Source: Fimbriimonadales bacterium | GTDB lineage: Bacteria > Armatimonadota > Fimbriimonadia > Fimbriimonadales > ATM1 | Assembly (NCBI GenBank): GCA_051003155.1 | Contig: JBPCLO010000048.1 | Location: 12,635-76,634 of the forward strand | Length of the DNA stretch: 64,000 nucleotides | Direction of reading: 5' to 3' | Shown here: in pieces, positions 53,890 to 62,600 of the stretch | Layout of the letters: the number at the start of each line of letters is the position of its first letter | How positions within the stretch are numbered: the first letter of the stretch is position 1 | Program-made: the position numbers and the translations under genes | The notes under the pieces: model-generated | Databases searched by the model: none | Told to the model about the DNA's origin: nothing | Seen by the model: only the letters and a program-made list of their open reading frames with translations

Positions 53890-54468
53890 ATGGAAGCCAA
53901 GTACCCAGTAGTGCTCGCCAGCGGCTCGCCTCGCCGCAAAGAGCTGCTCGCGCGTATTCTCGAATCGTTCGAGGTCCTACCGTCCACGTTTGATGAAAGC
54001 ATGGTGACGGCCGGTCCAGACGTACTCGCGGCAGAATTGGCGAAAGCCAAAGCGCAAGATGTGTTCAGGCATCGCCCGCATAGCTTGGTTATAGGCTGCG
54101 ATACGATCGTTGTGCTCGACGGGAAAGTGTTGGGCAAGCCGTGCGACGAACGAGATGCAGTGGAAATGCTTGCTCGGCTATCCGGCAAGAGGCATTGTGT
54201 TGTGACGGGTGTCTTCTTGATTTGGCCGGCTGGAGAGTTTGGATTTCAGGAGACATCTGCGGTTACTTTTAGACCGTTATCGACGAAGGAGATAGAAATT
54301 TATGTCGCGTCGGGCGAACCGATGGACAAGGCGGGCGCATATGCAATTCAAGGCGGAGCGAACGGCTTCGCTATGAAGATCGCGGGCGACTTCGACAACA
54401 TCGTCGGCCTTCCCGTCGAACGCCTAATGAAGGCGATGGAGGAAATTCGTCTCGACGACCAGAGTTAG
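53890..54468 (+). CDS. maf: Maf nucleotide pyrophosphatase
   Basis: LASGSPRRKELL, IGCDTIV, DKAGAYAIQG. Confidence 0.95.
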   Translation: MEAKYPVVLASGSPRRKELLARILESFEVLPSTFDESMVTAGPDVLAAELAKAKAQDVFRHRPHSLVIGCDTIVVLDGKVLGKPCDERDAVEMLARLSGKRHCVVTGVFLIWPAGEFGFQETSAVTFRPLSTKEIEIYVASGEPMDKAGAYAIQGGANGFAMKIAGDFDNIVGLPVERLMKAMEEIRLDDQS

Positions 54469-55676
54469 AGTTTGAAATTTTCGAGGCGCCGCTTAACATC
54501 GTTTATGAAATTCGCTGCGCCCACGCCGTTGATCACCCGGTGATCGAACGTCATCGACAGGGTGACCATTCGGACGAAGTCAAAGCCGCCCATCTTCGGA
54601 ACCGGGTGCCAAAACGCCTCGCCCAGGAATAGTGTTGCGACGGACGGAGAGACGACTACGGGCACGGCGTTCTTCAAACCGAAAGCGCTCATGTTCGTGA
54701 TGCTCAGAGTGGTGGCCTCGGTTGCTTGGTCTCGTCCGTCACGGGCCAATTCGATTTGCGCACGCACGGCCTCAGCGAATCCATGCCAGCCGAGCGTGTC
54801 TGCGTTCGGAACCATAGCGGTAACCAATTCATCTCCTGGCAGGGCGACCGCAATGCCCAAATTCGCACCCTTGTAGGTTCGCAAAGTCGTTTCATTCGGC
54901 ATGGTGCTCCGAAACTTCGGGCTCGCGGCCATTGTCTCGACCACGCACCACGCCATCATGGTAAACGCGCTTGGCTGGAACTTGTCACCCGAAGCCTTCA
55001 CCTCTTCACGAGCGACTTCGATCGCGTCCCAACGGCAGTCCACCATGATCGTACCGGGAACACATACCTGCGACCCTCGGGCTAAGCGGTAGGCTAGCGT
55101 CCGCTGCCGCCGCGAAAGTTCGACCTCTTCGAATTCGGTCGTGGTCTGCAATATGCGGGGTGGCGTGGCTACGTCCAGTGCAGCCGGATCGCCTCCGAGG
55201 TAAGCGTCCACATCCTCGATCATCATCTTTGATGAAGTCGCAGGAATCAAGTGCGCTTCGTCGAGCAGGCCCTTCTCCTTCAGATAGCGCCTCGTTCGAG
55301 GTGGAACTTGGGAGTTTCTCAGGGGGCCGGCGGGCGCAGCAGGCTCTTTGATTACCACCTCGGGTTCGGCCGTCGGGGCTGTCTTGTTGGTCGGAGCTGG
55401 GGGCCCGTGGCCGGCGGCCATTTCCTTTACGCCATCCGCGACCTCCATCGTAGCAACCTCCACGCCGATGGGAAGCACCGCACCTTCTTCCGCAGTCCAC
55501 TCGACGAGCGTCCCGTCGTAGGGCGACTCGACGTCCATCACGGCCTTGTCGGTTTCCATCTGGTACAGGGGATCGTCGCGCCGAACTGCCTCGCCCGGCC
55601 TTTTTAGGAAACCGACAAGACGCGCCTCTTGGAGGCCCTCACCCATTTGCGGAATTCTTACGGAAATTACTGGCAT
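54465..55676 (-). CDS. 2-oxoacid dehydrogenase E2 dihydrolipoamide acyltransferase
   Basis: Lipoyl ETDKA; catalytic FDHRVING. Confidence 0.9.
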   Translation of the reverse strand: MPVISVRIPQMGEGLQEARLVGFLKRPGEAVRRDDPLYQMETDKAVMDVESPYDGTLVEWTAEEGAVLPIGVEVATMEVADGVKEMAAGHGPPAPTNKTAPTAEPEVVIKEPAAPAGPLRNSQVPPRTRRYLKEKGLLDEAHLIPATSSKMMIEDVDAYLGGDPAALDVATPPRILQTTTEFEEVELSRRQRTLAYRLARGSQVCVPGTIMVDCRWDAIEVAREEVKASGDKFQPSAFTMMAWCVVETMAASPKFRSTMPNETTLRTYKGANLGIAVALPGDELVTAMVPNADTLGWHGFAEAVRAQIELARDGRDQATEATTLSITNMSAFGLKNAVPVVVSPSVATLFLGEAFWHPVPKMGGFDFVRMVTLSMTFDHRVINGVGAANFINDVKRRLENFKL

Positions 55677-55722
55677 TTCAACCTCGCCTTTGAAGTCGGG
55701 AAACCGAGGACATTCTATCCTA

Positions 55723-56166
55723 TCAAGCCCAAGCCTGCGCCAGAATGGCCGCTATGGCCCGGAGCAGCCGCTCATCATCAGGGCCAAAAGCGCTTGGGGA
55801 ATGGCTATCGATATCAATCTGGCCAAGGATAAGGTCACGATCGCGAATCAACACCACGATCTCCGAGCGCGTTTCGAGGCTGCAGGATAGGTAGTTTTCC
55901 AGCCCTTGCACGTCATCCACGATTTGGTTTCGGTTTTCCGCAACAGCCGTTCCGCAGACGCCGCTGCCCACAGGAATCCGGCCATGCTCGGTGGACACGC
56001 CGACGTACTCGTCGAGTATCAACGTTTCTCCTTCTAGACGGTAGACGCCGCACCAGTCGTAGCCCGGAAGGTTCGAAAGCAGCTCCATCGCGCGCTTTCG
56101 CAGCTTGGCTCCTGTTCGTTCGCTAGCTGCCAATTCGGCGACGATCTGTTGCACGTGGTGAAGCAT
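55723..56166 (-). CDS. GAF domain protein (free Met-R-sulfoxide reductase-like)
   Basis: DWCGVY, GSGVCGTA, YLSCS.ETRSEIV, GQIDIDS. Confidence 0.85.
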   Translation of the reverse strand: MLHHVQQIVAELAASERTGAKLRKRAMELLSNLPGYDWCGVYRLEGETLILDEYVGVSTEHGRIPVGSGVCGTAVAENRNQIVDDVQGLENYLSCSLETRSEIVVLIRDRDLILGQIDIDSHSPSAFGPDDERLLRAIAAILAQAWA

Positions 56167-56237
56167 AGCGCGAAATCGCCGTAACGGTGTCCCTAACATG
56201 AAAGTCTCGTATGTATATCCAATATAGGAGACACAAA

Positions 56238-57110
56238 GTGAAACGCAATTCAGTTATTTTGGCAACCGGCTTACTGTTGTGCGGCGCAAGTTCTGCATTC
56301 TCTGCGACGATACGCGACATTATTCGTCAGGAACGTCTCAGTCCCCAAGAGGCGGCGGCCGTAGTGGCAATCTCGAAGGGGGTCGGCGTCAGCACAAACG
56401 AAGTTCTTAGGGCGCGCAAGGATCTTCGGCAAAAGGCCTGGGACCTGGCTCCGGCATTCTTCATAGCCGAGCGAACTCGACAGAGCCCGAGGACGATTTG
56501 GCAGGAGCACGAGCGAGGCGCAAGCTGGCAGTCGCTGGAGCGGGACCCGAACAACGATTACGGGCGCAGGAAGAAGAAGAAGAAGGGTGGCCGCTACGAC
56601 GATGATTACCGCTACGACGATGATTACCGGTGCGACGACGGCGATCACCGATACGATGACGAAAACGATCGCTACGATGATCGGAACCGCGGGCAAGGTC
56701 GCGGGCTTGAGGACGTGCTTGGCGACGTGCTCGGTAGGCGTCGCAACGATCGTTATGACGACCAGTACGATTATCGGAACGACCGCAATTATGCCGACCG
56801 TAACTATGAGCGTAGGGTTTGGGACCAGATTCTCGAACGCGCGTACAAGGTGGATGCGAACCGTTCGTGGCGGTGGGTCGAGCAAGGCATGAACGAGGGC
56901 GATCTTTCCCTTGCTGCACACGTGGGCAAGCTGGCTCGCGTAGATCCGAACGAGGTTCTCCACGAACTCGAGCGGAACCACAAGAGCTGGAACCGAGTTC
57001 GCGAGATCTTCGGAATCAGCTCCGACTGGGAGCGCCGAGAGCGACGCCCGCGGAACGATCGTGACCGCAACAACTGGGGTTTCCTTGGAGATATCTTCAG
57101 GATCAACTAA
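56238..57110 (+). CDS. Exported hypothetical protein with duplicated helical domain and Asp/Arg/Tyr-rich linker
   Basis: AGGAG RBS + GTG; signal peptide; YDDDYR repeats. Confidence 0.75.
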   Translation: MKRNSVILATGLLLCGASSAFSATIRDIIRQERLSPQEAAAVVAISKGVGVSTNEVLRARKDLRQKAWDLAPAFFIAERTRQSPRTIWQEHERGASWQSLERDPNNDYGRRKKKKKGGRYDDDYRYDDDYRCDDGDHRYDDENDRYDDRNRGQGRGLEDVLGDVLGRRRNDRYDDQYDYRNDRNYADRNYERRVWDQILERAYKVDANRSWRWVEQGMNEGDLSLAAHVGKLARVDPNEVLHELERNHKSWNRVREIFGISSDWERRERRPRNDRDRNNWGFLGDIFRIN

Positions 57111-57121
57111 GACACATCATG

Positions 57122-57154
57122 AAGCCCCATCCGCAACCAATGCGGATGGGGCTT
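57122..57154 (+). terminator. Rho-independent terminator
   Basis: aagccccatccgca-acca-atgcggatggggctt followed by T-rich run. Confidence 0.8.
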
Positions 57155-57177
57155 CTTGCGTTTTTAAGCCTTTAGTC

Positions 57178-57297
57178 TTATCGTCTGCGTCGCGCTGCGA
57201 GGGCGGCGCGACCGATCCCGAGAGAAAGGATTGTGGCGCGTTCGGGAACGACGTCATAACGAACGTCGTCGATTCCTCCGACCAGACCATTCTCACC
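57178..57297 (-). pseudogene. Orphan degenerate PEP-CTERM tail
   Basis: Manual translation GENGLVGGIDDVRYDVVPERATILSLGIGRAALAARRRR*, preceded by an in-frame stop. Confidence 0.65.
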
Positions 57298-57499
57298 TTA
57301 CGGCTCAGTTTTTGCCCGGGCGACCTTTGGCGGGCTCGCAAAATAAAAGGGCGGAGCATTTCGGCCCCGCCCCCCGATCGTTCGCCTTAGGAGAACGTCA
57401 TTGCAATAACTTAGACGGTCTGCGCTCGAGAATGATCGCGCCGAGCGTACTGGGTTAGGCCTTTCGGCGCACATTTCTGGCACTTTTAGCGGCGGTTGC

Positions 57500-58660
57500 C
57501 TATCCTGCCGATTCGGTAATCGGAATCCCGCGCTCCCTTAGTCCATTCATAACCGTTGTGCCGGGAACGGCTAGCTCGTAGCGTATGCAGCCGGCTTCCA
57601 CGTTGCCCTTGGCGATCTCGGCCGCATAAATCGCTGCTGGGAAGCCCGTCATGCGCTCCATCGAGCTGAAGCCGGTCGCCGGGTCCTGCTTGTCGTGGAT
57701 GTCGATCTGCAAGCGCTTCTCGGCGCCATCCTTCTTGCCCGTGGCCCAGGCCCGAACCAAAATCTGATCGCTGTCTTGGTCGTCGCGGAGCTTCTCGGCC
57801 ATTATCTTGTGAAACACATCGCGAGGCGCGACCTTCACTCCGTCTACATCGATCGCCTCTTTATCCCAGAAGCCGAAGTCCATGAACACGCGCATAAGCG
57901 CGCAGTGGCCCGGAAAGCGAATCGTCTTGTATTCGTAGTTGCGAACTTTGCCTTCAAAAGTGTAGGGGGCGGTGCTCGTCCCTCCGCTCGTCACAAAGGC
58001 CTCCATCTTGCCGAGGCCGGGCCACTCGATTTCCTCAATTTCGCCGAGCGTCTGCGGTCGAACGAGCTTGTAGTCGCGGACGGCGAACGCGTCGTCGGTG
58101 TATTCGGCGACCAGGCCCTCGACATTGAAGACGAGCTTGTAGTTGAACGGAGGCTCCGGGTTCTGCGGAAGGCCGCCGCAGTACATGCGTACTGTGTCCA
58201 CCTCGTCGAGTTGCGACATGAGGTGAGTAGCGAGGCTATTGACGAGGCCGGGGGCCAAGCCGGTGTCGGGAACGACGGAAACTTTGGCCGCTTTGGCGGC
58301 CCCGTCGAGCTTCAATGTCTCGAGGGTCACCTCGGTGTCTCCGCCCATGTCGATCATGCTTGTCGCGGTTTGGATGGCGACCGGTGCGATCTTCGGGTGC
58401 ATCCAGTAAGGAACGCAAGAGAGGACCACGTCCACAGGCTTCAGAAACGCGGCGAGCTCCTCTGAGTTCAGCGCATCGACCTGGGCCGGCTCGCATATAT
58501 TCTTTCCCACCAGCTTGTTGACCCGCTCCCCGTTGTTCCGCGCCTGGTCAAGGCTCTTGTCACCCATGAGGATGCGCGCCGCGTCCCCATGCTTCGCCAA
58601 ATCATAAGCAGCGCACGTGCCCTGCATGCCCGAACCCAAAATCGCGTATGTGTAACCCAT
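57500..58660 (-). CDS. Saccharopine dehydrogenase / lysine 6-dehydrogenase family oxidoreductase
   Basis: ILGSGMQG, DTGLAPGL, CGGLPQ.P.PPFNY, YKTIRFPGH, MERMTGF; start re-set to 58660. Confidence 0.88.
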   Translation of the reverse strand: MGYTYAILGSGMQGTCAAYDLAKHGDAARILMGDKSLDQARNNGERVNKLVGKNICEPAQVDALNSEELAAFLKPVDVVLSCVPYWMHPKIAPVAIQTATSMIDMGGDTEVTLETLKLDGAAKAAKVSVVPDTGLAPGLVNSLATHLMSQLDEVDTVRMYCGGLPQNPEPPFNYKLVFNVEGLVAEYTDDAFAVRDYKLVRPQTLGEIEEIEWPGLGKMEAFVTSGGTSTAPYTFEGKVRNYEYKTIRFPGHCALMRVFMDFGFWDKEAIDVDGVKVAPRDVFHKIMAEKLRDDQDSDQILVRAWATGKKDGAEKRLQIDIHDKQDPATGFSSMERMTGFPAAIYAAEIAKGNVEAGCIRYELAVPGTTVMNGLRERGIPITESAG

Positions 58661-58756
58661 GAATGTTCTCCTAGAAAACGTGGAACCAGGCCGCAAAAAA
58701 AGACGAGGCCGTCTTCCCAAAGTCGTGCCATCGCCATCATAGATAATACCTTGGAG

Positions 58757-59652
58757 ATGAAGCATGTTGCCGTCGCCGGAGCCGCGGGTTTTTTGGGTAG
58801 GTGCGTCGTGGATCGCTTGCTCGCGGACGGCTTCGCAGTAACGGCGATCGTGCGCGGAGAACCACCTTGTTGGCTCACGCGGTCGCGGGTGACCACCGCG
58901 AAGGCCGACATTGGCAACGCAAGAAGCTTGCAAGCCGCTTTCGAAGGTGCGCAAGCAGCCATCAACCTCGTCGCGATCATCAAAGAGGGCCTGCGGGGGG
59001 CCACCTTCGACAATGTGATCGCCCAGGGAACGCGCAACTTTGTCGAAGCTGCGAACGATGTCGGACTCGAGAAGATCGTTTACGTAAGCGCCATGGGCAC
59101 GTCCGCCAAGACGGGCAGCAAGTACTTCGAAGCCAAGTGGAAGGCAGAGGAGGCAGTTAGAAGTTCCACCTTGAACCACACGATTCTTCGACCGAGCATA
59201 ATCCTCGGGCCAGGAGACGGTTCCTCAACCTTTTCGCGGGCAAGCCGGTGCCGTTTCCCGGAGGCGGCAAGAATCAGCCAGTCTACGTCGAAGACGTCGC
59301 CACAGTTATTCGAAGTTGTATAACGGTCCCGGATGCAGCGCAGCAGACTTTCGAAGTGGGCGGCCCCGAAAGGCTGTCCTTACGCGAAGTCATCGCGGTT
59401 GCTGAGAAGATCATGCATCGGCGCTCCTGGCATCCATCCGTGCCGCTGTGGCTCGCAAAGTTCTTAGCAACGTCGTTCCTCGACCCACTTTCGAAGCTTG
59501 GCGTACCCGTTCCCGTAGGCGGCGACGCCATACAGATGCTCGATATGCCCATTGTTTGTTCCGACGAAGAACTGGCGCGGACGATTCAGACATTCGGCAT
59601 CGAGCTCACCCCATTGGAAGCGGGGCTGCGACGCTACCTCGCCAAGAAGTAG
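58757..59652 (+). pseudogene. NAD(P)-binding SDR (NDUFA9-like), frameshifted near 59220
   Basis: VAGAAGFLG, YFEAKWKAE, LRPSIILGPGD|FLNLF...QPVYVEDVA continues in another frame. Confidence 0.75.
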
Positions 59653-60383
59653 CCGGCATGGGTATATTCGATAGCTTCGCTCACACCCTTGACCGCAAGC
59701 TCGACGAGGGTCTTGCCCGTCTCCGCCGTCCCGAAGGTCGAGTAACCGAAGCTGCCCTCTTCGGTAATCTCGTCATAGTGCTGGATGATCGACAATCCTG
59801 CCGGCGCTTCGGGTTGCAGCGTTAGCCCGTCATCGCGCAACTTGTGGACCCTCACCAGGTCCGGGTGCAAGTGCAGCATCATCGAAACTTCGGCCTCGCA
59901 GGAATGGCGGATCGCTTTCAAAGGACCCCGCAGGGCCTTGTCGCCATCCGGGCCGATAAGGCCGTAATAGTTTGCATGGGAGAGCAGATCATTGGGGTGC
60001 CCGCGCTTCAACTCCCGGAGGGCAACGCCGTTCTGTTCCGTATTACCGCCGTGGCCGTTCAGGACGAAGAACTTGCGGAACCCGTGGGTCATGAACGAAG
60101 TGACAACGTCGGTCAGGACGGTAACGTACGTTTGGCTGCTCGCACTGACCGTACCGTCCATGGCCATGTGATGGGCGCTACAGCCGAGCCAAATTCCGGG
60201 AAAGAGTAGCGATTTGTCGGCAGTGCGGACCTCGGCCCGCCCAGCAACGGCAGTGCATAAGAGCGTGTCCGTGAGCAGAGGTAAATGAGGGCCGTGCTGC
60301 TCGAGGCTGCCGGTCGGGATGACGCACACAAGTTCACGTGAAGCATCGCGGACCTCTTGCCAGGTCATTTCGCCGAGAATCAT
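59634..60383 (-). CDS. Creatininase family amidohydrolase
   Basis: PTGSLEQHGPHLPLLTD, LNGHGGN, HSCEAEVS. Confidence 0.9.
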   Translation of the reverse strand: MILGEMTWQEVRDASRELVCVIPTGSLEQHGPHLPLLTDTLLCTAVAGRAEVRTADKSLLFPGIWLGCSAHHMAMDGTVSASSQTYVTVLTDVVTSFMTHGFRKFFVLNGHGGNTEQNGVALRELKRGHPNDLLSHANYYGLIGPDGDKALRGPLKAIRHSCEAEVSMMLHLHPDLVRVHKLRDDGLTLQPEAPAGLSIIQHYDEITEEGSFGYSTFGTAETGKTLVELAVKGVSEAIEYTHAGYFLAR

Positions 60384-60385
60384 GG

Positions 60386-61747
60386 TCAGCAGGCGGAGTT
60401 CAAACGGCGCTCGAGGTTCCGAAGGTGGCTCTGCGTTTCGATGTCCTTAGTGGCCAGCCCGGAAATTTTCTGGTAGGCGTGGATCATCGACGTATGATCG
60501 CGGTAGAACCGCTCGCCGAGCCGCTTCCAGCTGTCCCCCGTGATGTTGCGCGCCAGGTAGACGCAAATGTGGCGGGCATGCGTGAAGTCGGCCTTGCGGC
60601 TTGGCCCAACAAGATCCTTGCGTAGAATGTCAAAGTACGATCCGACCTCTTCAAGAATCTTGTCGAACGTCGGCTTATGGCCTGCTCCGGAAGGGTAGGA
60701 CGCTTCGACGATCTGCTTTGCGAGATCGGTCGTTACGTCAACGCCCGAAAAGCTCGCCTGCACCACCACCTTCGTAAGGGCGCCTTCGAGCGTCCGAATA
60801 TTGCCCGGGACGTTCATGGCCAAGAACTCGCAGACCTCATGGCTAAGGGCGACCCCATCGGCTTCAGCCTTGGCTTTCACGATCGCGGTGCGTGTCTCGG
60901 TGTCTGGCGGCATGACGTCGGCGACGAGGCCACCCTCGAATCGGGAGCGAAGCCGGTCGTCCATACCGTAGAGGTCCCGCGGCGGCCTATCCGAGGTCAA
61001 AACTATTTGCTTGCCCGACTGCTGAAGCTGGTTGAAAGAGTGAAACAGCTCCTCCTGAGTCTTGTCCTTGCCAGCGACGAATTGCACGTCGTCAACTAGC
61101 CAAATCTCGGAATTGCGTATCGTCCTCCGGAAGTGCTCCATACGTCCGTGTTGCAGCGAAGCCACGAACTTCTCGGCGAACTCCTGGCCGGTAGTGTAGC
61201 TAACGACGACAGGCTCATCCTTGTTGGCGAGGGTGTTGGCGATCGCGTGAAGGAGGTGTGTTTTCCCCAGACCGCTTGCCCCGTATATGAAAAGGGGATT
61301 GAACCTTCGACCCGGCGCTTCGGCCACGGCGAATGCCCCCGAGTGGGCCAACCGGTTGCTCTGGCCGACGATGAAGTTGTCGAACGTAAACTTGTCGCTG
61401 AACCTTTGCTCAGGAACAACGGCCGCGGATAAAGCCGTAGCCTGGAGCACCGCCGACTTCGGCTTTAGTTCCGCCACGAGCTTGACTTGAATCTCCTCCC
61501 CAAGCTCGTCAGACAGGGCCTCGACGATACGCTCTTCAAAGTTCTTCGTGACCCAGGAGACCAGGAACTGGCCAGGGGCGCCTACGGTGATGACGTTTCC
61601 GTCGCGCGATTTGGGCTGTAGGGGCTTGATGAATCGTTGGAATTGAGGGGGCGACATCGTCGGTTCGAGACGGGACATTGCACGCTCCCAAGCGTTGACC
61701 AGTTTGACCACAATCGGGTCGTCGTCGAAGTTCATCTGGTAGTCCAT
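60386..61747 (-). CDS. dnaA: Chromosomal replication initiator DnaA (divergent domain IV)
   Basis: FTFDNFIVGQSN, NPLFIYGASGLGKTHL, DDVQF, RLRSRF, RDHTS. Confidence 0.93.
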   Translation of the reverse strand: MDYQMNFDDDPIVVKLVNAWERAMSRLEPTMSPPQFQRFIKPLQPKSRDGNVITVGAPGQFLVSWVTKNFEERIVEALSDELGEEIQVKLVAELKPKSAVLQATALSAAVVPEQRFSDKFTFDNFIVGQSNRLAHSGAFAVAEAPGRRFNPLFIYGASGLGKTHLLHAIANTLANKDEPVVVSYTTGQEFAEKFVASLQHGRMEHFRRTIRNSEIWLVDDVQFVAGKDKTQEELFHSFNQLQQSGKQIVLTSDRPPRDLYGMDDRLRSRFEGGLVADVMPPDTETRTAIVKAKAEADGVALSHEVCEFLAMNVPGNIRTLEGALTKVVVQASFSGVDVTTDLAKQIVEASYPSGAGHKPTFDKILEEVGSYFDILRKDLVGPSRKADFTHARHICVYLARNITGDSWKRLGERFYRDHTSMIHAYQKISGLATKDIETQSHLRNLERRLNSAC

Positions 61748-61952
61748 CTTGTCAGAGCACGCGCAAAAGGTGAAGCCGCCATAGGATGCCTACCAAGGGC
61801 TTCTCCTACCCCTCAGTCCCTTTGGCGGCGTTAATTCAAGATACCGCGTTCTTAGGCGGTTTTCCTCCCTTCTTCTATAGTTTTTTTTATTTTTTTAGTC
61901 GTGAATTAACACGGGAAAATGTGCTACTGCCTCGACCGAGTAAGCTTTTACC

Positions 61953-62600
61953 GTGTCCAAGAACGCTCTCATCGTACTTCACGGGGAACGGCTGCAGGCA
62001 GCGATGTTGCTGCCTTGGCTTCCGGGTGCGGATCACATTATAGCGGCAGATGGAGGCGCTAATCTGCTGGCCGACAACAGCGTCTCACCCGACATAGTCG
62101 TAGGCGACCTGGATGGGATCGACCCGTCCGTGCTAGCCTCCATGCCGGAGGAGCAGGTACTTCATGTCGAAGACCAGAATCTGACCGACTGCCAAAAGGC
62201 GCTTCGTCATGCAGACGGCCTGGGGGCCACGGACATCGTCGTCTTGGGGGCTGAGGGCACGCGCATCGACCATACTCTTTCCGCCCTGTACTCGGTAGGG
62301 ATGTACCAGGAGAGGATCACGATACGGTTCGTGTTCGAAAGGTTGATTGCGCACTGCGTTGGCCCGGGAGAAAGGTCGTTTGAAACCCGGCCGGACCTGC
62401 TTGTCTCACTTCTCTCTTCTTTGCCCACGCGTGTTCGGCGCGCGGAAGGGCTGGAGTTTTCTGTCGACGGCCTCGAACTCCGAGCCGGCGGCCGCGATGG
62501 CGTCTCGAATCGGAGCACGGGGGGGTTGGTGCGGCTCGAAGTCGAGTCGGGATCGTTGCTCGTGTTTATCGGGCGGTTCGAGGGTGACGTCTCATGGTAA
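61953..62600 (+). CDS. thiN: Thiamine pyrophosphokinase
   Basis: IAADGGA, VGDLDG, DQNLTDCQKAL, GTRIDH, GVSN. Confidence 0.88.
   Translation: MSKNALIVLHGERLQAAMLLPWLPGADHIIAADGGANLLADNSVSPDIVVGDLDGIDPSVLASMPEEQVLHVEDQNLTDCQKALRHADGLGATDIVVLGAEGTRIDHTLSALYSVGMYQERITIRFVFERLIAHCVGPGERSFETRPDLLVSLLSSLPTRVRRAEGLEFSVDGLELRAGGRDGVSNRSTGGLVRLEVESGSLLVFIGRFEGDVSW

Noticed and set aside
57500..59179. 559-aa fusion implied by the ORF track (likewise 496-aa MoeB and 726-aa EF-G)
   Set aside because: Upstream extensions overlap divergent genes or leaders; true starts are at 58660, 53876 and 35223.
61750..61950. Possible oriC or TPP riboswitch between dnaA and thiN
   Set aside because: No canonical DnaA boxes and no TPP aptamer core (CUGAGA...CCUGA) found; only T-tracts.
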